From the IMG/VR virus record IMGVR_UViG_3300031820_000014, positions 1 to 31,081 of that record: DNA of 31,081 nt; one strand, written 5' to 3'. Source of the stretch: a virus. Its lineage: Duplodnaviria > Caudoviricetes. The notes under the pieces were generated by a model, which saw only the letters and a program-made list of their open reading frames with translations, made no database searches and was not told where the DNA came from. The position numbers were made by a program, and so were the translations under genes. How positions within the stretch are numbered: the first letter of the stretch is position 1; each line of letters starts with the position of its first letter. Shown here piece by piece: positions 15,818-25,661 of this stretch.

Positions 15818-16216
15818 GTGTCCGCCGAGTCGACGCTGGCCCGTGGCCGCCTGGCCGCCTCACGCCTGTTCGTGGACGCCTGCACGATCCAGCGGGTCGC
15901 CACGTCCGGCACGGATCCGGAGACGGGTGCGGTCACCCGGACCTACAGCGGCGTCTACACCGGCCCATGCAAGATCGCCAACTCGGGTGCGGCGTTCGCC
16001 CGGCCCCGCGACGTCGGGCAGGCCGAGCTGTTCTTCACCCGGATGGCCCTGCACGTGCCGGTCACGGCGCCCGTGGCGCAGCCCGACGACCTGCTGACCG
16101 TCACGGCCAGCGTCCACGACCCGGACATGGTCGGCCGGCAGTGGCACATCCGGGGCACGCCGGATAAGACCTGGGCCACCGCGCACCGGTACTCGATCGA
16201 AGAGGTCACCGGGTGA
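15818..16216 (+). CDS. Head closure protein (DUF6093-like)
   Basis: GR.AA..L..D.CTI.R, DP.TG, VYTGPCKI, LHVPV, DP.MVGR, ATA.R. Confidence 0.8.
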   Translation: MSAESTLARGRLAASRLFVDACTIQRVATSGTDPETGAVTRTYSGVYTGPCKIANSGAAFARPRDVGQAELFFTRMALHVPVTAPVAQPDDLLTVTASVHDPDMVGRQWHIRGTPDKTWATAHRYSIEEVTG

Positions 16217-16587
16217 GCGAGTCCCTCGACGCCTGGATCGCCGACCTGGCCCGGGCGCAGGAGCTGGTCGGCCCCGAAGGTGAGAAGGTCCTCGGTAAAG
16301 GCGCACTGAATATCAAGACCGAGTGGCGGCGGCGCTGGTCCGGCTACGCCCACATCCCGCACCTGCCCTCGGCGATCGACTACGAGGTGCACCGCGCCGG
16401 CGCGGACGCCTGGGCGGAGGTCGGGCCGCGCCGCGACCGGGAACAGGGCGGCCTGGGTTCCTACATCGAGCTCGGCACCGTCAATAACCCGCCGATCCCC
16501 GGCGGCCTGCCGGCGCTGGACGCCGAAGAGCCCCGGTTCGTGTCCGCCGTCGCCGACCTGGGCGAGAAGCTGCTGGCCGAGCGGTGA
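16213..16587 (+). CDS. HK97 gp10-like neck/tail completion protein
   Basis: KGALNIK..W, L..AIDY, AEVGP, IELGTVNNPP...PAL..EEPRF. Confidence 0.8.
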   Translation: MSESLDAWIADLARAQELVGPEGEKVLGKGALNIKTEWRRRWSGYAHIPHLPSAIDYEVHRAGADAWAEVGPRRDREQGGLGSYIELGTVNNPPIPGGLPALDAEEPRFVSAVADLGEKLLAER

Positions 16588-17000
16588 CCGACACCCTCGA
16601 CCAGAAGCTCGTCAACGCCGGCCTGGCCCTGCTGGCCGCCGACCCGGGCCTGACCGTCTACGACGGCTTCGTACCACCCAACTCGCCCCGCCCCTACGTG
16701 CTGGTCTACACCAGCGTCGAATGGGTGCCCGCGCCCGGTGACGGCCTCGACGGGGCGTCGACCTCCCCGGTGGTCCGCTGGTACTGCCACTGCGTCGGCG
16801 AGACGGCCACGGCCGCCAGGGCGGTCGCCCAGCGGGTACGTACCCAACTGCTCGACCAGCGCCCGGTCATCCCCTCAGCCCCGACCATGACCCTCGGCCT
16901 GGTCCGCTTCGAGTCCGGCGTCCCGCCGGTGAAAGACGAGACGACCGGCGTCCTCGTCATGGACACCGTCACCGTCTACAAGCTCGCCGCCAACACCTGA
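16584..17000 (+). CDS. Tail terminator (DUF3168-like)
   Basis: VYDG.VP....PYVLVY, CVG.T...AR.VA..VR..L. Confidence 0.8.
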   Translation: MTDTLDQKLVNAGLALLAADPGLTVYDGFVPPNSPRPYVLVYTSVEWVPAPGDGLDGASTSPVVRWYCHCVGETATAARAVAQRVRTQLLDQRPVIPSAPTMTLGLVRFESGVPPVKDETTGVLVMDTVTVYKLAANT

Positions 17001-17051
17001 TCTCCCCCGCCGAGCGGCGGTTCCCCCTTCCAGTCAAGGAGGTACGCCGCC

Positions 17052-17384
17052 ATGGCGGCTCTCACGTCCACTGCCATCACTCTCGCCGGGGCGCTCGCGG
17101 CCCCGGCCGCGGTGTCCGCATCCGACACGATCGCGTCCGCGCAGTTCGGCTCGACCGGCGTGATCCTGCGCGTCATCAACGGCGGCGGCTCGCCGGACAC
17201 GGTGACCATCACCGACCCGAACATCACGACGATGGGTTCGGCCGCCACCAACCCGACCGTCTCGGTGACCAACGGCACGACCAAGACGATCTTCATCCCG
17301 ACGTCGGCGATCAACTCTTCGGGCGTCGCGACCGTCGCGCACTCCTTCACCACATCCGTGACCTACGAGCTTTACAAGATCTGA
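17052..17384 (+). CDS. Small Thr-rich virion protein preceding the tail tube
   Basis: RBS AAGGAGG. VINGGGS..TVTI.DP, Ig-like beta pattern. Confidence 0.7.
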   Translation: MAALTSTAITLAGALAAPAAVSASDTIASAQFGSTGVILRVINGGGSPDTVTITDPNITTMGSAATNPTVSVTNGTTKTIFIPTSAINSSGVATVAHSFTTSVTYELYKI

Positions 17385-17391
17385 GGCGGCC

Positions 17392-17637
17392 ATGGACTGG
17401 TTCGTGGTTCGTCACCCCGAAACGGGCGGAGCAGGCGTCGTGGCCGAGTCCGCCCTGCCGACCCATCGCGGCCTCGGCTGGCTCCGCGTCTCCGACGCGG
17501 TGTCCGAAATGGACAAAGACCAGATCGACCTGTCGGCCTACGCCAACGCCCCGGACCTCGACGCGGTCCCGGCCGCCACCGAGCCCGACGACCAGGCCGA
17601 GGACGACGTGCCGGCCGAGACCCCAAGGGAGAACTGA
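17392..17637 (+). CDS. Hypothetical protein
   Basis: 81 aa. RHPE....V.ESA...H...GW motif with an acidic tail. Confidence 0.65.
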   Translation: MDWFVVRHPETGGAGVVAESALPTHRGLGWLRVSDAVSEMDKDQIDLSAYANAPDLDAVPAATEPDDQAEDDVPAETPREN

Positions 17638-17638
17638 G

Positions 17639-18112
17639 ATGGCTGTCGTCATCATCGACGGGCGTGTGGCGGTCGACTGGTGCACCGCCATCGCGACCCT
17701 CGCCTCGCCGACCACGTCCGAGCTGAACGCCGGCACCCGGCTGGAGACCTTCATCACTCCGGACGGCCTGACGATCAACCCGACTACGGCGCCCGTGGAC
17801 GTGTCCAACCTCGGCTCGAAGTACACGTGGAAGCGCGCCGGCCGCGTCGACATCGCGGTGAAGATCAAGTTCCACCACGACGGCTCCACCGACACCGCCT
17901 GGAACCTGTTCCCGTACAGAACCAATGGTTTCCTCGCGGTGCGCCGGGGCATCGACCGGACTACGGCGTTCGCCTCTACCCAGCAGGTCGAGTGCTATCC
18001 GCTGGAGTCCGCCGAGCCCGACCAGATCGACCCGGCGCCGAACACGAACTGGGACTTCACCATCGACTTCTTCCTGACCGGTGACCCGGTGACCCGCGCG
18101 GTGATCGCCTGA
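17639..18112 (+). CDS. Major tail (tail tube) protein
   Basis: DG.V.V.W...IA...SPT..ELNAG..L...IT.DGL, GFL.VRRG, VE.YP. Confidence 0.88.
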   Translation: MAVVIIDGRVAVDWCTAIATLASPTTSELNAGTRLETFITPDGLTINPTTAPVDVSNLGSKYTWKRAGRVDIAVKIKFHHDGSTDTAWNLFPYRTNGFLAVRRGIDRTTAFASTQQVECYPLESAEPDQIDPAPNTNWDFTIDFFLTGDPVTRAVIA

Positions 18113-18732
18113 TGGCCTTGGATATCGAGGCGATCCTGGCCGAGGCAGAGTTACCCACCGGCTCGGTCGACCTGTGCCTGAAAGGCTCCCTGGTCGTCGA
18201 GTACGAGTTGCTCGAAGCCCGGCTGAGCGGGACGCCGTCCCCGACCAGCCTCGCCGACGCGTCCCCGACCGTCGCGATCGCCGAGGAGATGGATGCCCTC
18301 CGCGAGCGGATGCTGGCCTACGAGGTGAGGTTCACCCTGCAGGCCATGCCGGCCCGGGAGGGTTCCGACTTCCGTGCCACCGCACCCAACCGCACGGACA
18401 TCTCGGACGAGAAGGCCTTCGTCGACGCCTACCACGCGTGGGCCTGCGAGCTGCTGGCCCGCACCGTCACCGAGCCGAAGCTGACGGCCGAGCAGGCCGA
18501 CCAGCTGGCGGCCAAACTGTCGGACAACCAGTGGCAGCGGCTGACCATCGCCTCCTGGCAGGTGAACTACGGCCAGCAGGGCATCCCTTTCTCCGCGGCC
18601 GCCTCCGCGCTGACGCGGTCCTCCGAGCCGAGCTCGAGGCGGCCACCCGAGCCGGAGTCCCCCGGTCCATCTTCCTTGGCCGGTCCCTCACCCAGCGCAC
18701 CGTCTGCGAGTACGCCGACGACGGACGCCTGA
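18112..18732 (+). CDS. Tail assembly chaperone (G)
   Basis: Between the tail tube and tape measure. Ends in IPFS followed by a low-complexity tail. Confidence 0.8.
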   Translation: MALDIEAILAEAELPTGSVDLCLKGSLVVEYELLEARLSGTPSPTSLADASPTVAIAEEMDALRERMLAYEVRFTLQAMPAREGSDFRATAPNRTDISDEKAFVDAYHAWACELLARTVTEPKLTAEQADQLAAKLSDNQWQRLTIASWQVNYGQQGIPFSAAASALTRSSEPSSRRPPEPESPGPSSLAGPSPSAPSASTPTTDA

Positions 18733-18989
18733 CCGGCTGGGTCACCACCCGCGAGCCGGGGTGGACCTCCTCCGACCGGGACTGGCTGCTGGCCTACCTC
18801 GCCGAGGAACACGACACGTGCGGCGGCTGTGGCCATCCGATGGCCGTGAGCCTCGACCCGGCCACCCAGCGGCAGTGGCGGGTGCAACGGCACACCTGCG
18901 AGGCCTGCCGGGTGCTGGAAGCCGAGATCGGCAACGACGTGGAGGCCGGCGACCGCCGCGGCGTGAAGTACGCCGTGCGGCGCACCTGA
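18585..18989 (+). CDS. Tail assembly chaperone -1 frameshift extension (GT)
   Basis: Slippery heptamer C CCT TTC at 18585-18591 in the G frame. The -1 frame stays open to 18989 with W...DR...LA and CxxC...CxxC. Confidence 0.8.
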   Translation, partial: PFLRGRLRADAVLRAELEAATRAGVPRSIFLGRSLTQRTVCEYADDGRLTGWVTTREPGWTSSDRDWLLAYLAEEHDTCGGCGHPMAVSLDPATQRQWRVQRHTCEACRVLEAEIGNDVEAGDRRGVKYAVRRT

Positions 18990-19004
18990 GGGCGGGGAGG
19001 TCGC

Positions 19005-20957
19005 GTGGCTGACCGCTCCGTCTCCGTCAAGCTGGAGCTCAACGCTGCCCAGTACAAGGCCGAGCTGGCCGAGGTGAGGACCCTCACCGAGGGCCTGGAC
19101 CGTTCGGTGAAGGATCTCGACCAGGGCGCCGGGAAGCTGTCGGCCAGCTCGGGCAAGGCCGGGGCGGGCCTGAAGGGCATGGGCACCGAGGCGGCCGGCG
19201 CGAAGAAGGACTTCGCCGGCCTGGTCGACGAGATCGCCCGGACCCGAACGAACATCGAAAAGCTGGCCACCGAGTACAACCGCACCGGCGACCGGTCCCT
19301 GTTCGGTGACATCAAGGCCCAGCGCGCCCACCTGTCGCTGCTGCAGAGCCTCAATAAGGAGCTCAAGGCCGCCGAGTCGGCGGTGGCCGGTGGTGCCGGC
19401 CCCTCAGGCGGTGCCGCGGCGAGCTCGGCGGCGGCGGCGGGTTCGCCGGTGGCTGGTCTCGGCCCGGCCGTGGGTCTGGGCGCCGCCTACCTGGCGCCGA
19501 TGATCGGCGCCGCGCTCAGCGCTGGGATCCTGTCGGCGGTCGGCGGCGGCGCGCTCGCCGCGGGTATCGCGGCACAGCTGCACGGCAACCCGGCGCTGAG
19601 GGCCGCAGGCGGCGACCTGGCGCATGTTCTTCTCGACGAGTTCGCTCGGGCCAGCGCCGGCCTGACGTTGCCGATCCTGAACTCCTTCCATGCGCTCGGC
19701 GCCGACCTGCAGCCGTTCTTCGCCGAGCTGCAGAAGGGCTTCTCGGCGCTGGCCCCGTACCTGGAGCCGTTCGTGCACCAGATCGGCCTGATGATGCAGG
19801 CCCTCGGGCCGGGGCTGGCCAAGGCCATAGAGGCATCCGGTCCGGTGCTGCTGGCCCTGGGCCAGGCGCTGCCGATCATCGCCGTGGGGATCTCGAAGTT
19901 CTTCGAGCAGGTCAGTGCCGGCGGCAAGGGCGCGGCCGAGTCGCTCCTGGTGCTCGCGCGGGCGATCGCCAGCGCGCTGGCGGTGACCGGGATGCTGCTG
20001 CGCGGCCTGAGCGACCTGTTCGACGTGTTCATCCAGGGTCTGGACAAGGTGGTCGGCGCGGTCGCATTCGTGTTCAACGCGGCCGGCAGCCACGCTCTCG
20101 ACCCGGTGCGCAACGAGGTCCACCGGATCGCGACAGAGTTCGACCGGCTGAAGATCTCGGCCACCGACTCCGGTGACGCCGCGGCCGACAGCGCGGCGAA
20201 GCTCAACGAGAAGCTCTCCGGCACGGACAAGCTGCTGCACCAGCTCTCCGACGACTTCGACAAGCTGCTGGGCAAGCAGCTCAGCGTCGCCGAGGCGAAC
20301 ATCCGCTACCAGGCGGCCATCGACGCGCTGACGGCCTCGATCAAGCAGAACGGCCGCACGTTCGACGACAACACGGCCAAGGGCCGCGCCAACCACCAGG
20401 CGCTGCTGGACCTGATCAAAGCCGCCGAGGACCTGCGCCAGGCCGACATCGCGGCCGGCGGCAGCGTCGCCGAGGCGAACCAGCGTTTCCAGCAGCAGGT
20501 CGACGCGATCCGCCGCATCCTCACCCAGGCCGGGCTGAGCAAGCAGGCCATCGACGCCCTGATCAGTTCCTGGGAGGCGCTGGCCCACAAGCCGAACATC
20601 GTCAAGACCCTGGAGTTCCGGCTCTCGGGCAGCGCGCTGGCGATCGCGGCGGCCACCGGTCACAACCCGACCAGGGCCGGCCCGGCGATCCCCGCCTTCG
20701 ACGAGGGCGGCATGGTGCCCGGGGCGCTCGGCTCGCCCCAGCTGATCCTGGCCCACGGCGGTGAGGTCGTCGTGCCGCCCCAGGGGATCCGGGTGGCCAA
20801 CTCGGGCGGTGGCGGTGCGAGCCCGGGCGGCGTCGACCCGGCCGCCCTGGGCCGGGCGGTCGCCGCGGCGCTGGTCGGGATGCACGTGGTCCTCGACGGC
20901 CGCACGGTGGGCAGCATCCAGGGCCGGCAGGCCGACATCTACACCCGCACAGGCTAA
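19005..20957 (+). CDS. Tape measure protein
   Basis: 650 aa. MADRSVSVKL start, Ala/Gly-rich helical body, F.EGG.VPG..G.P.L...HGGE.V and LDGR.VG C-terminus. Confidence 0.88.
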   Translation: MADRSVSVKLELNAAQYKAELAEVRTLTEGLDRSVKDLDQGAGKLSASSGKAGAGLKGMGTEAAGAKKDFAGLVDEIARTRTNIEKLATEYNRTGDRSLFGDIKAQRAHLSLLQSLNKELKAAESAVAGGAGPSGGAAASSAAAAGSPVAGLGPAVGLGAAYLAPMIGAALSAGILSAVGGGALAAGIAAQLHGNPALRAAGGDLAHVLLDEFARASAGLTLPILNSFHALGADLQPFFAELQKGFSALAPYLEPFVHQIGLMMQALGPGLAKAIEASGPVLLALGQALPIIAVGISKFFEQVSAGGKGAAESLLVLARAIASALAVTGMLLRGLSDLFDVFIQGLDKVVGAVAFVFNAAGSHALDPVRNEVHRIATEFDRLKISATDSGDAAADSAAKLNEKLSGTDKLLHQLSDDFDKLLGKQLSVAEANIRYQAAIDALTASIKQNGRTFDDNTAKGRANHQALLDLIKAAEDLRQADIAAGGSVAEANQRFQQQVDAIRRILTQAGLSKQAIDALISSWEALAHKPNIVKTLEFRLSGSALAIAAATGHNPTRAGPAIPAFDEGGMVPGALGSPQLILAHGGEVVVPPQGIRVANSGGGGASPGGVDPAALGRAVAAALVGMHVVLDGRTVGSIQGRQADIYTRTG

Positions 20958-20969
20958 GGACGCCGCCCC

Positions 20970-22829
20970 GTGGTCTACGCGTTGGCATTCGTCGACAGCA
21001 TCTCCGACACGGCGAACGTGCGGCTGAACCTGACCTCGCCGCCGTGGGCGGCGCGCCCGGCCGGTACGAGCTTCGGGCCGCCGCCGCGGCGGCGTTCGGC
21101 CGTCTCGACGCTGCTGACCGATGGGGAGGCCATCCCGGCGTCGGTGTACGGCAACCGGATGCTGACCCTGTCGCTGTACCTGGCGGCGGACGGCGACACC
21201 GCGGCAACACAGCTGCAGTTGCTGTCCCGGGAGCTGGACCGCCCGGCCAACATCCTCCGGTACACGCCGGGTACCACGAACTCGATCTACTTCCTGACCC
21301 TGCCGTCCGACTTCAACGCCGTGGACTGGGACCCGGTCGCGAAGCTGGTCACGGTCAACGTCCTGGCCCAGCCGTTCGGGTACGGGCTGAAGCAGACGGC
21401 GGTGGCCGCGGCCACCCTGTACGCCGACCCGGCGCACCCCGGCGCGTTCCTGAACGCCAACCCGTTCTTCGAGACCGACGTGTCCGGGTGGGCGTCCTCC
21501 GGCGGCACGTTCGTGCGCTCGACGGCACAGTTCCACCAGGGCGCCGCCTCGGGCCTGTTGACTCCGGACGGTGTCACCGCGACCGTGCTGGCCGAGACGG
21601 TCCACGTCGTCTTCGCGGCCGGCGCCGGCCCCTCCTACCGCGGCCAGGCGTGGGTGCGGTGCGCGGTGTCCCGCAACGTGGTGCTGAACCTCGACTGGTA
21701 CACCTCGGCGAACGCGTACATCTCCTCGACGGCGCTGACGCTCGCGGTGACGCTGAACACGTGGACGCTGCTGGAGGTGGCCGGGGACGCGCCGACCACG
21801 GCCGGGCGGGTCGGCCTGTCCGTGACGATGACCGGCACGCCGCCCGCGTCCAACACGCTGTTCATCGACGAGGCCTGGTCGGCGCCGGTCGGGCATTCGG
21901 GCGCGAACGGCTGCTACGTCGACATCCCCGCCGGCGCTGTGCTCGGCGACGTCGAAACCCCGTGCGACGTGACGGTCGACTCGACGCACCTCTACGACAA
22001 CGCGGTCCAGCCCAAGAGCGTGCTGGCCGTGCGCCGCCGCGGCACCCCGGTCCTGGCGCCGCTGCTGCTGCAGGCCGAGGCGATGACGACCGGGACGACG
22101 ACGACGATCCAGGCCAACGACGCCAACTACTCCGGCGCCGGGCAGAACTTCATGCGCTCCACCTTCTCGACGACCACCATGCTGGGCCGGCTGTCGAAGA
22201 ACCCGTTCCCCGCCTCCTCCGGTGTGGACGTGCGGGGCACGTACCGGGTCTTCGCCCGGGTGCGCAAGTCCGTGTCCGGCGATACGATCAGCGTCCAGTT
22301 CCAGTACTCCTACGGCGCGTTCACGGTGACCAACGACGCGGTCGTGGTACCGAACGTCACCGTCAACCAGCTCGTCGACGTGGGCCTGTGCACGTTCCCG
22401 GTCGGCCCGGACCCGGTCTTCGACGGCTACTCCAATGTGGAGCTTCCGGTCGACAACACGGGCGTGAGCGTGCAGGTCAACGCGCAACGCTCCGCCGGCA
22501 CCGGCACCCTGGACTTCGACTACCTGCTGTTCGTGCCGGCCGATGACTGCCTGGCGATGCTCGACTGGGCCAACGAGACGCTGACGACGTTGACCGTGCA
22601 TGTCGACGGGATATCCGAGACGGTGTGGGCGGCCGGGTCGGGCACGGTGTACTCGTTCAGCCCGTCGACCCTGGCGGGCCGGTTCCCGCGGCTGTCCCCG
22701 AACGTCGCCCAGCGCCTGTATCTGGTGCCGGTGGTGGGTAACATCGCCGCGGAGACGGTCGGCTACACCTACACCGTCTCGGTGACCTACTTCCCCCGCT
22801 ACCTGTACGTGCGGCCGGCGGCCACATGA
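20970..22829 (+). CDS. Distal tail protein (Dit-like) with inserted CBM-like domain
   Basis: Follows the TMP. YGNR.LTL, A.PFGYG, LNANPFFETDVSGW (CBM4/9-like), GDVETP, C-terminal Y.PRYL. Confidence 0.75.
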   Translation: MVYALAFVDSISDTANVRLNLTSPPWAARPAGTSFGPPPRRRSAVSTLLTDGEAIPASVYGNRMLTLSLYLAADGDTAATQLQLLSRELDRPANILRYTPGTTNSIYFLTLPSDFNAVDWDPVAKLVTVNVLAQPFGYGLKQTAVAAATLYADPAHPGAFLNANPFFETDVSGWASSGGTFVRSTAQFHQGAASGLLTPDGVTATVLAETVHVVFAAGAGPSYRGQAWVRCAVSRNVVLNLDWYTSANAYISSTALTLAVTLNTWTLLEVAGDAPTTAGRVGLSVTMTGTPPASNTLFIDEAWSAPVGHSGANGCYVDIPAGAVLGDVETPCDVTVDSTHLYDNAVQPKSVLAVRRRGTPVLAPLLLQAEAMTTGTTTTIQANDANYSGAGQNFMRSTFSTTTMLGRLSKNPFPASSGVDVRGTYRVFARVRKSVSGDTISVQFQYSYGAFTVTNDAVVVPNVTVNQLVDVGLCTFPVGPDPVFDGYSNVELPVDNTGVSVQVNAQRSAGTGTLDFDYLLFVPADDCLAMLDWANETLTTLTVHVDGISETVWAAGSGTVYSFSPSTLAGRFPRLSPNVAQRLYLVPVVGNIAAETVGYTYTVSVTYFPRYLYVRPAAT

Positions 22830-24463
22830 GCCTGCCGGTTCCGCTGGCCGTGCGGTTGAAGACGTCCCGCGCCGACGTGCACATCACCAGCGACCTGCGC
22901 GGTCTGTCCTTCCGGGAGACCGCCCCCGGCGGCTACGCCTCCGCGCGGCTGTCGCTGAACCGGCCGTTGAACTTCCAGCCCGACGACGTCGACTACTACG
23001 CCACCGTGTACGTCTACGACGGCCACAACGGCAGGACCGTCTGGGAGGGCCTGGTCGAGGACCCGCACCGTGTCGCCGGGGCGGACGGTCAGGTCTTCGA
23101 CCTGACCGCGGTCGGCCCGGCCGCGCGGGTCAACGACCGGACCGTCCCTTACATCGTGGTGGACACCGACTTCGCCGCGTTCAAGCGCTACAACGTCAAC
23201 TTGGTCGCGGCGAACGACACGGTGAAGGACGACCCGGGCGGCAGCGGCAAGCAGGGCCTGGTCCTGCAGTACCCGCAGGGCATCACCACCTTCGTGGGCG
23301 CCGAGATCCGGATGAGATACAACCGGATCTGGGACGCCGGGCAGAAGCTGGCCCGGGTGGACTACCAGTGGCGGGCCGGCGGCACGGACGCGAACTTCAC
23401 CACCCACTTCATGACCGGCGTCAACGGCGCCCTGACCACGCAGCTGCGCACCGCCACCCTGGTGCCCAGTACCGGCTTCGCCCCGAAGGTCGTGGTCACC
23501 GACTGGGCCAACGGGCACAACACGTTGGACCTGCACCACGAGAACGCCGGCCCGGGTACCGGGGTGGTCCCCAATGACGGCTTCTGGGCGTCGTTCCTGG
23601 ACGTCTCCGTGCTGGCCATGCGCTACAACGCGGACGGCACCGAGAAGACGACCGGCTACAACACGAACACCGTGCTGGCCTCCGACGTGGTCGCGGACCT
23701 GCTCGGCCGCGGTTTCCTGCCGCTGTTCGACGGCGTGAACGCCTCGATCGCCACCACCAGTTTCGGTATCGAGCGCCTGGCCTACCCGGACGGGGTTACC
23801 CCGGGCCGGGTCCTCGACGACCTGATGAAACTGGAGGCCGGCTACTTCTGGGAGGCCCGTGCCTCCAACCCGACCACCGGCAAGAACCAGTTCAACTGGA
23901 AGGCGTGGCCGTCGACCGTGCGCTACGAGGCCGACGTCAAGGACGGCTTCGACTCCCCCGGTCGCGCGGCGGACATGTTCGACAAGGTTCGCGTGCGTTA
24001 CACCGACCTCAACGGTGAGATCAGGACGGTCCAGCGCACCCAGTCGGTGCCCGCGCTGATCGCCGCCGGGATCTCCCGTGAGGCGTTCATCGACCTGGGC
24101 ACCGACGCCGGTACCCTCGCCAACGCCAACCAGGCTGGTGACCAGTTCCTCGCCCAGCACGCCAGCCCACCCAACTCCGGCACCCTCACCGTGGCCCGCC
24201 CGGTCGTCGACCTGCAGCGTGGCTGCATGGTCCAGCCGTGGGAGGTCGAGGCCGGCAACCTCATCCGGGTGCGCGGGGTCCGCCCGACCATCGACGCGCT
24301 GAACGCCACCGCGCGCGACGGGGTGACGGTCTTCCGGGTCGTCGCGCGGGAGTACAACGCGGCCACCGCGGTCGCGACGCTGGAGCTCGACTCGTACGCG
24401 CCGTCGATCGAACGGCAGCTGGCCGAGGTCGCGAAGGCGGCGGTCGCGAAACCGCGGAGGTGA
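22826..24463 (+). CDS. Baseplate hub / minor tail protein
   Basis: L.F....PGGYAS..L.L, VWEG.VE, AVG, AGNLIRV. Position after Dit. Confidence 0.75.
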   Translation: MSLPVPLAVRLKTSRADVHITSDLRGLSFRETAPGGYASARLSLNRPLNFQPDDVDYYATVYVYDGHNGRTVWEGLVEDPHRVAGADGQVFDLTAVGPAARVNDRTVPYIVVDTDFAAFKRYNVNLVAANDTVKDDPGGSGKQGLVLQYPQGITTFVGAEIRMRYNRIWDAGQKLARVDYQWRAGGTDANFTTHFMTGVNGALTTQLRTATLVPSTGFAPKVVVTDWANGHNTLDLHHENAGPGTGVVPNDGFWASFLDVSVLAMRYNADGTEKTTGYNTNTVLASDVVADLLGRGFLPLFDGVNASIATTSFGIERLAYPDGVTPGRVLDDLMKLEAGYFWEARASNPTTGKNQFNWKAWPSTVRYEADVKDGFDSPGRAADMFDKVRVRYTDLNGEIRTVQRTQSVPALIAAGISREAFIDLGTDAGTLANANQAGDQFLAQHASPPNSGTLTVARPVVDLQRGCMVQPWEVEAGNLIRVRGVRPTIDALNATARDGVTVFRVVAREYNAATAVATLELDSYAPSIERQLAEVAKAAVAKPRR

Positions 24464-24663
24464 GGGACGTGGACAACGCGATGACCGCAGTGGCCGCGTT
24501 GCGGGTCAAGGCCGACGCGGCGATCGCGAACAACGCCACCTACCTCGCGATCGTCGGTCCGACCGCGGCGCAGGCCATCGCCCAGGTCGAGCGGCTGACC
24601 CGCCAGGTGAACGCCATCATCCGGCAGCTGACCGACCAGCTCGACGACCTCACCGGCACTTGA
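24460..24663 (+). CDS. Small helical minor tail-associated protein
   Basis: GTGA coupling (alternative start 24469). NATYLAI..PT.AQ..AQV.RLTRQ coiled-coil pattern. Confidence 0.6.
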   Translation: MRDVDNAMTAVAALRVKADAAIANNATYLAIVGPTAAQAIAQVERLTRQVNAIIRQLTDQLDDLTGT

Positions 24664-24688
24664 TGTCCCCAGTGGAGGGAGGCCACGA

Positions 24689-25648
24689 GTGACCCTGTAC
24701 GGCTGGGATGCCAGTCACTACGACGGCCTGTTGAGCACGGCGGTCCTTGCCCGGGCCAGGGCCGAGGGCATCTCGTTCTTCACCCACAAGATCGCCGAGG
24801 GGACGTCCAACACTGAGCGGCGTCCGGGTGGAGGCGACTACGACGACACCGCGCTCGCGGCGGCGCGTGACGCGGGGATCGAGTTCCTGGGCGGCTACCA
24901 CGTGGTGCGGTCGGCGCCTTCGGTGGCCGTGCAGGTCGACGCGCTGGTCGCGTTCGCCGACGCCGGCGAGCCGTGGTGGCGTGGCTTCCCGGGCTGGTTC
25001 TGGCAGGTCGACCTCGAACACTGGCCGGGCGACCCGGTCAGCGCGGCCACCGGCATCGCCTTCGGCCAGCTGCTGCGCCAGCGCACCGGCAAGACAGTGG
25101 TCATGTACGCGTCGAAGGGCCAGTACGGTGACCAGCTGACCGGCTGGGGTGGTCCACTGTGGAACGCGAACTACCCGTCGTCGCGGCAGGCCGGCTTCGT
25201 GAGCCTCTACCCGGGCGACAACGGCATCGGCTGGGCGCGGTACTCCGGGCAGGCGCCCGTCTTCTGGCAGTACGCCAGCAGCGCGACCATCGCCGGCCTG
25301 ACCACCTGTGACGCCAACGCCTTCCGCGGCGGCGTCCAGCAGCTGCGCGCCCTCATCGAGTCGGGAGCAGACATGTACGAGCAGTACGACCGGGACCTGT
25401 TGGCCAACGTGTACGAGGCCATGTTCGGCAAGAAGGACAAGGACGGCAACCTCGTCGACCCGTCCAGGCCGGGCCTAGTCGCCGAGCTCGTCGCCGTCAA
25501 GGCGAAGCTCGACGCCGGTACGCCGGTGGTCCTCGGCGGGGAGCTGGCCTCGGCGGTCATCGCCGCGATCCAGCAGCACACCACGGTCGACCTGGACGCG
25601 CTATCTACCGCGGTCGCCGACAAGCTCGCGGCCCGGCTGCAGTCCTGA
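24689..25648 (+). CDS. Endolysin, GH25 muramidase
   Basis: GWDASHY, K..EG, GGYH, VDLE (DxE), LW.A.Y, FWQY.S, CDAN. RBS GGAGG. Confidence 0.9.
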   Translation: MTLYGWDASHYDGLLSTAVLARARAEGISFFTHKIAEGTSNTERRPGGGDYDDTALAAARDAGIEFLGGYHVVRSAPSVAVQVDALVAFADAGEPWWRGFPGWFWQVDLEHWPGDPVSAATGIAFGQLLRQRTGKTVVMYASKGQYGDQLTGWGGPLWNANYPSSRQAGFVSLYPGDNGIGWARYSGQAPVFWQYASSATIAGLTTCDANAFRGGVQQLRALIESGADMYEQYDRDLLANVYEAMFGKKDKDGNLVDPSRPGLVAELVAVKAKLDAGTPVVLGGELASAVIAAIQQHTTVDLDALSTAVADKLAARLQS

Positions 25649-25661
25649 CCCGCATGCCCCG

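Noticed and set aside
19404-22601. 1065-aa minus-strand ORF
   Set aside because: Antisense to TMP/Dit, a typical GC-rich shadow frame.
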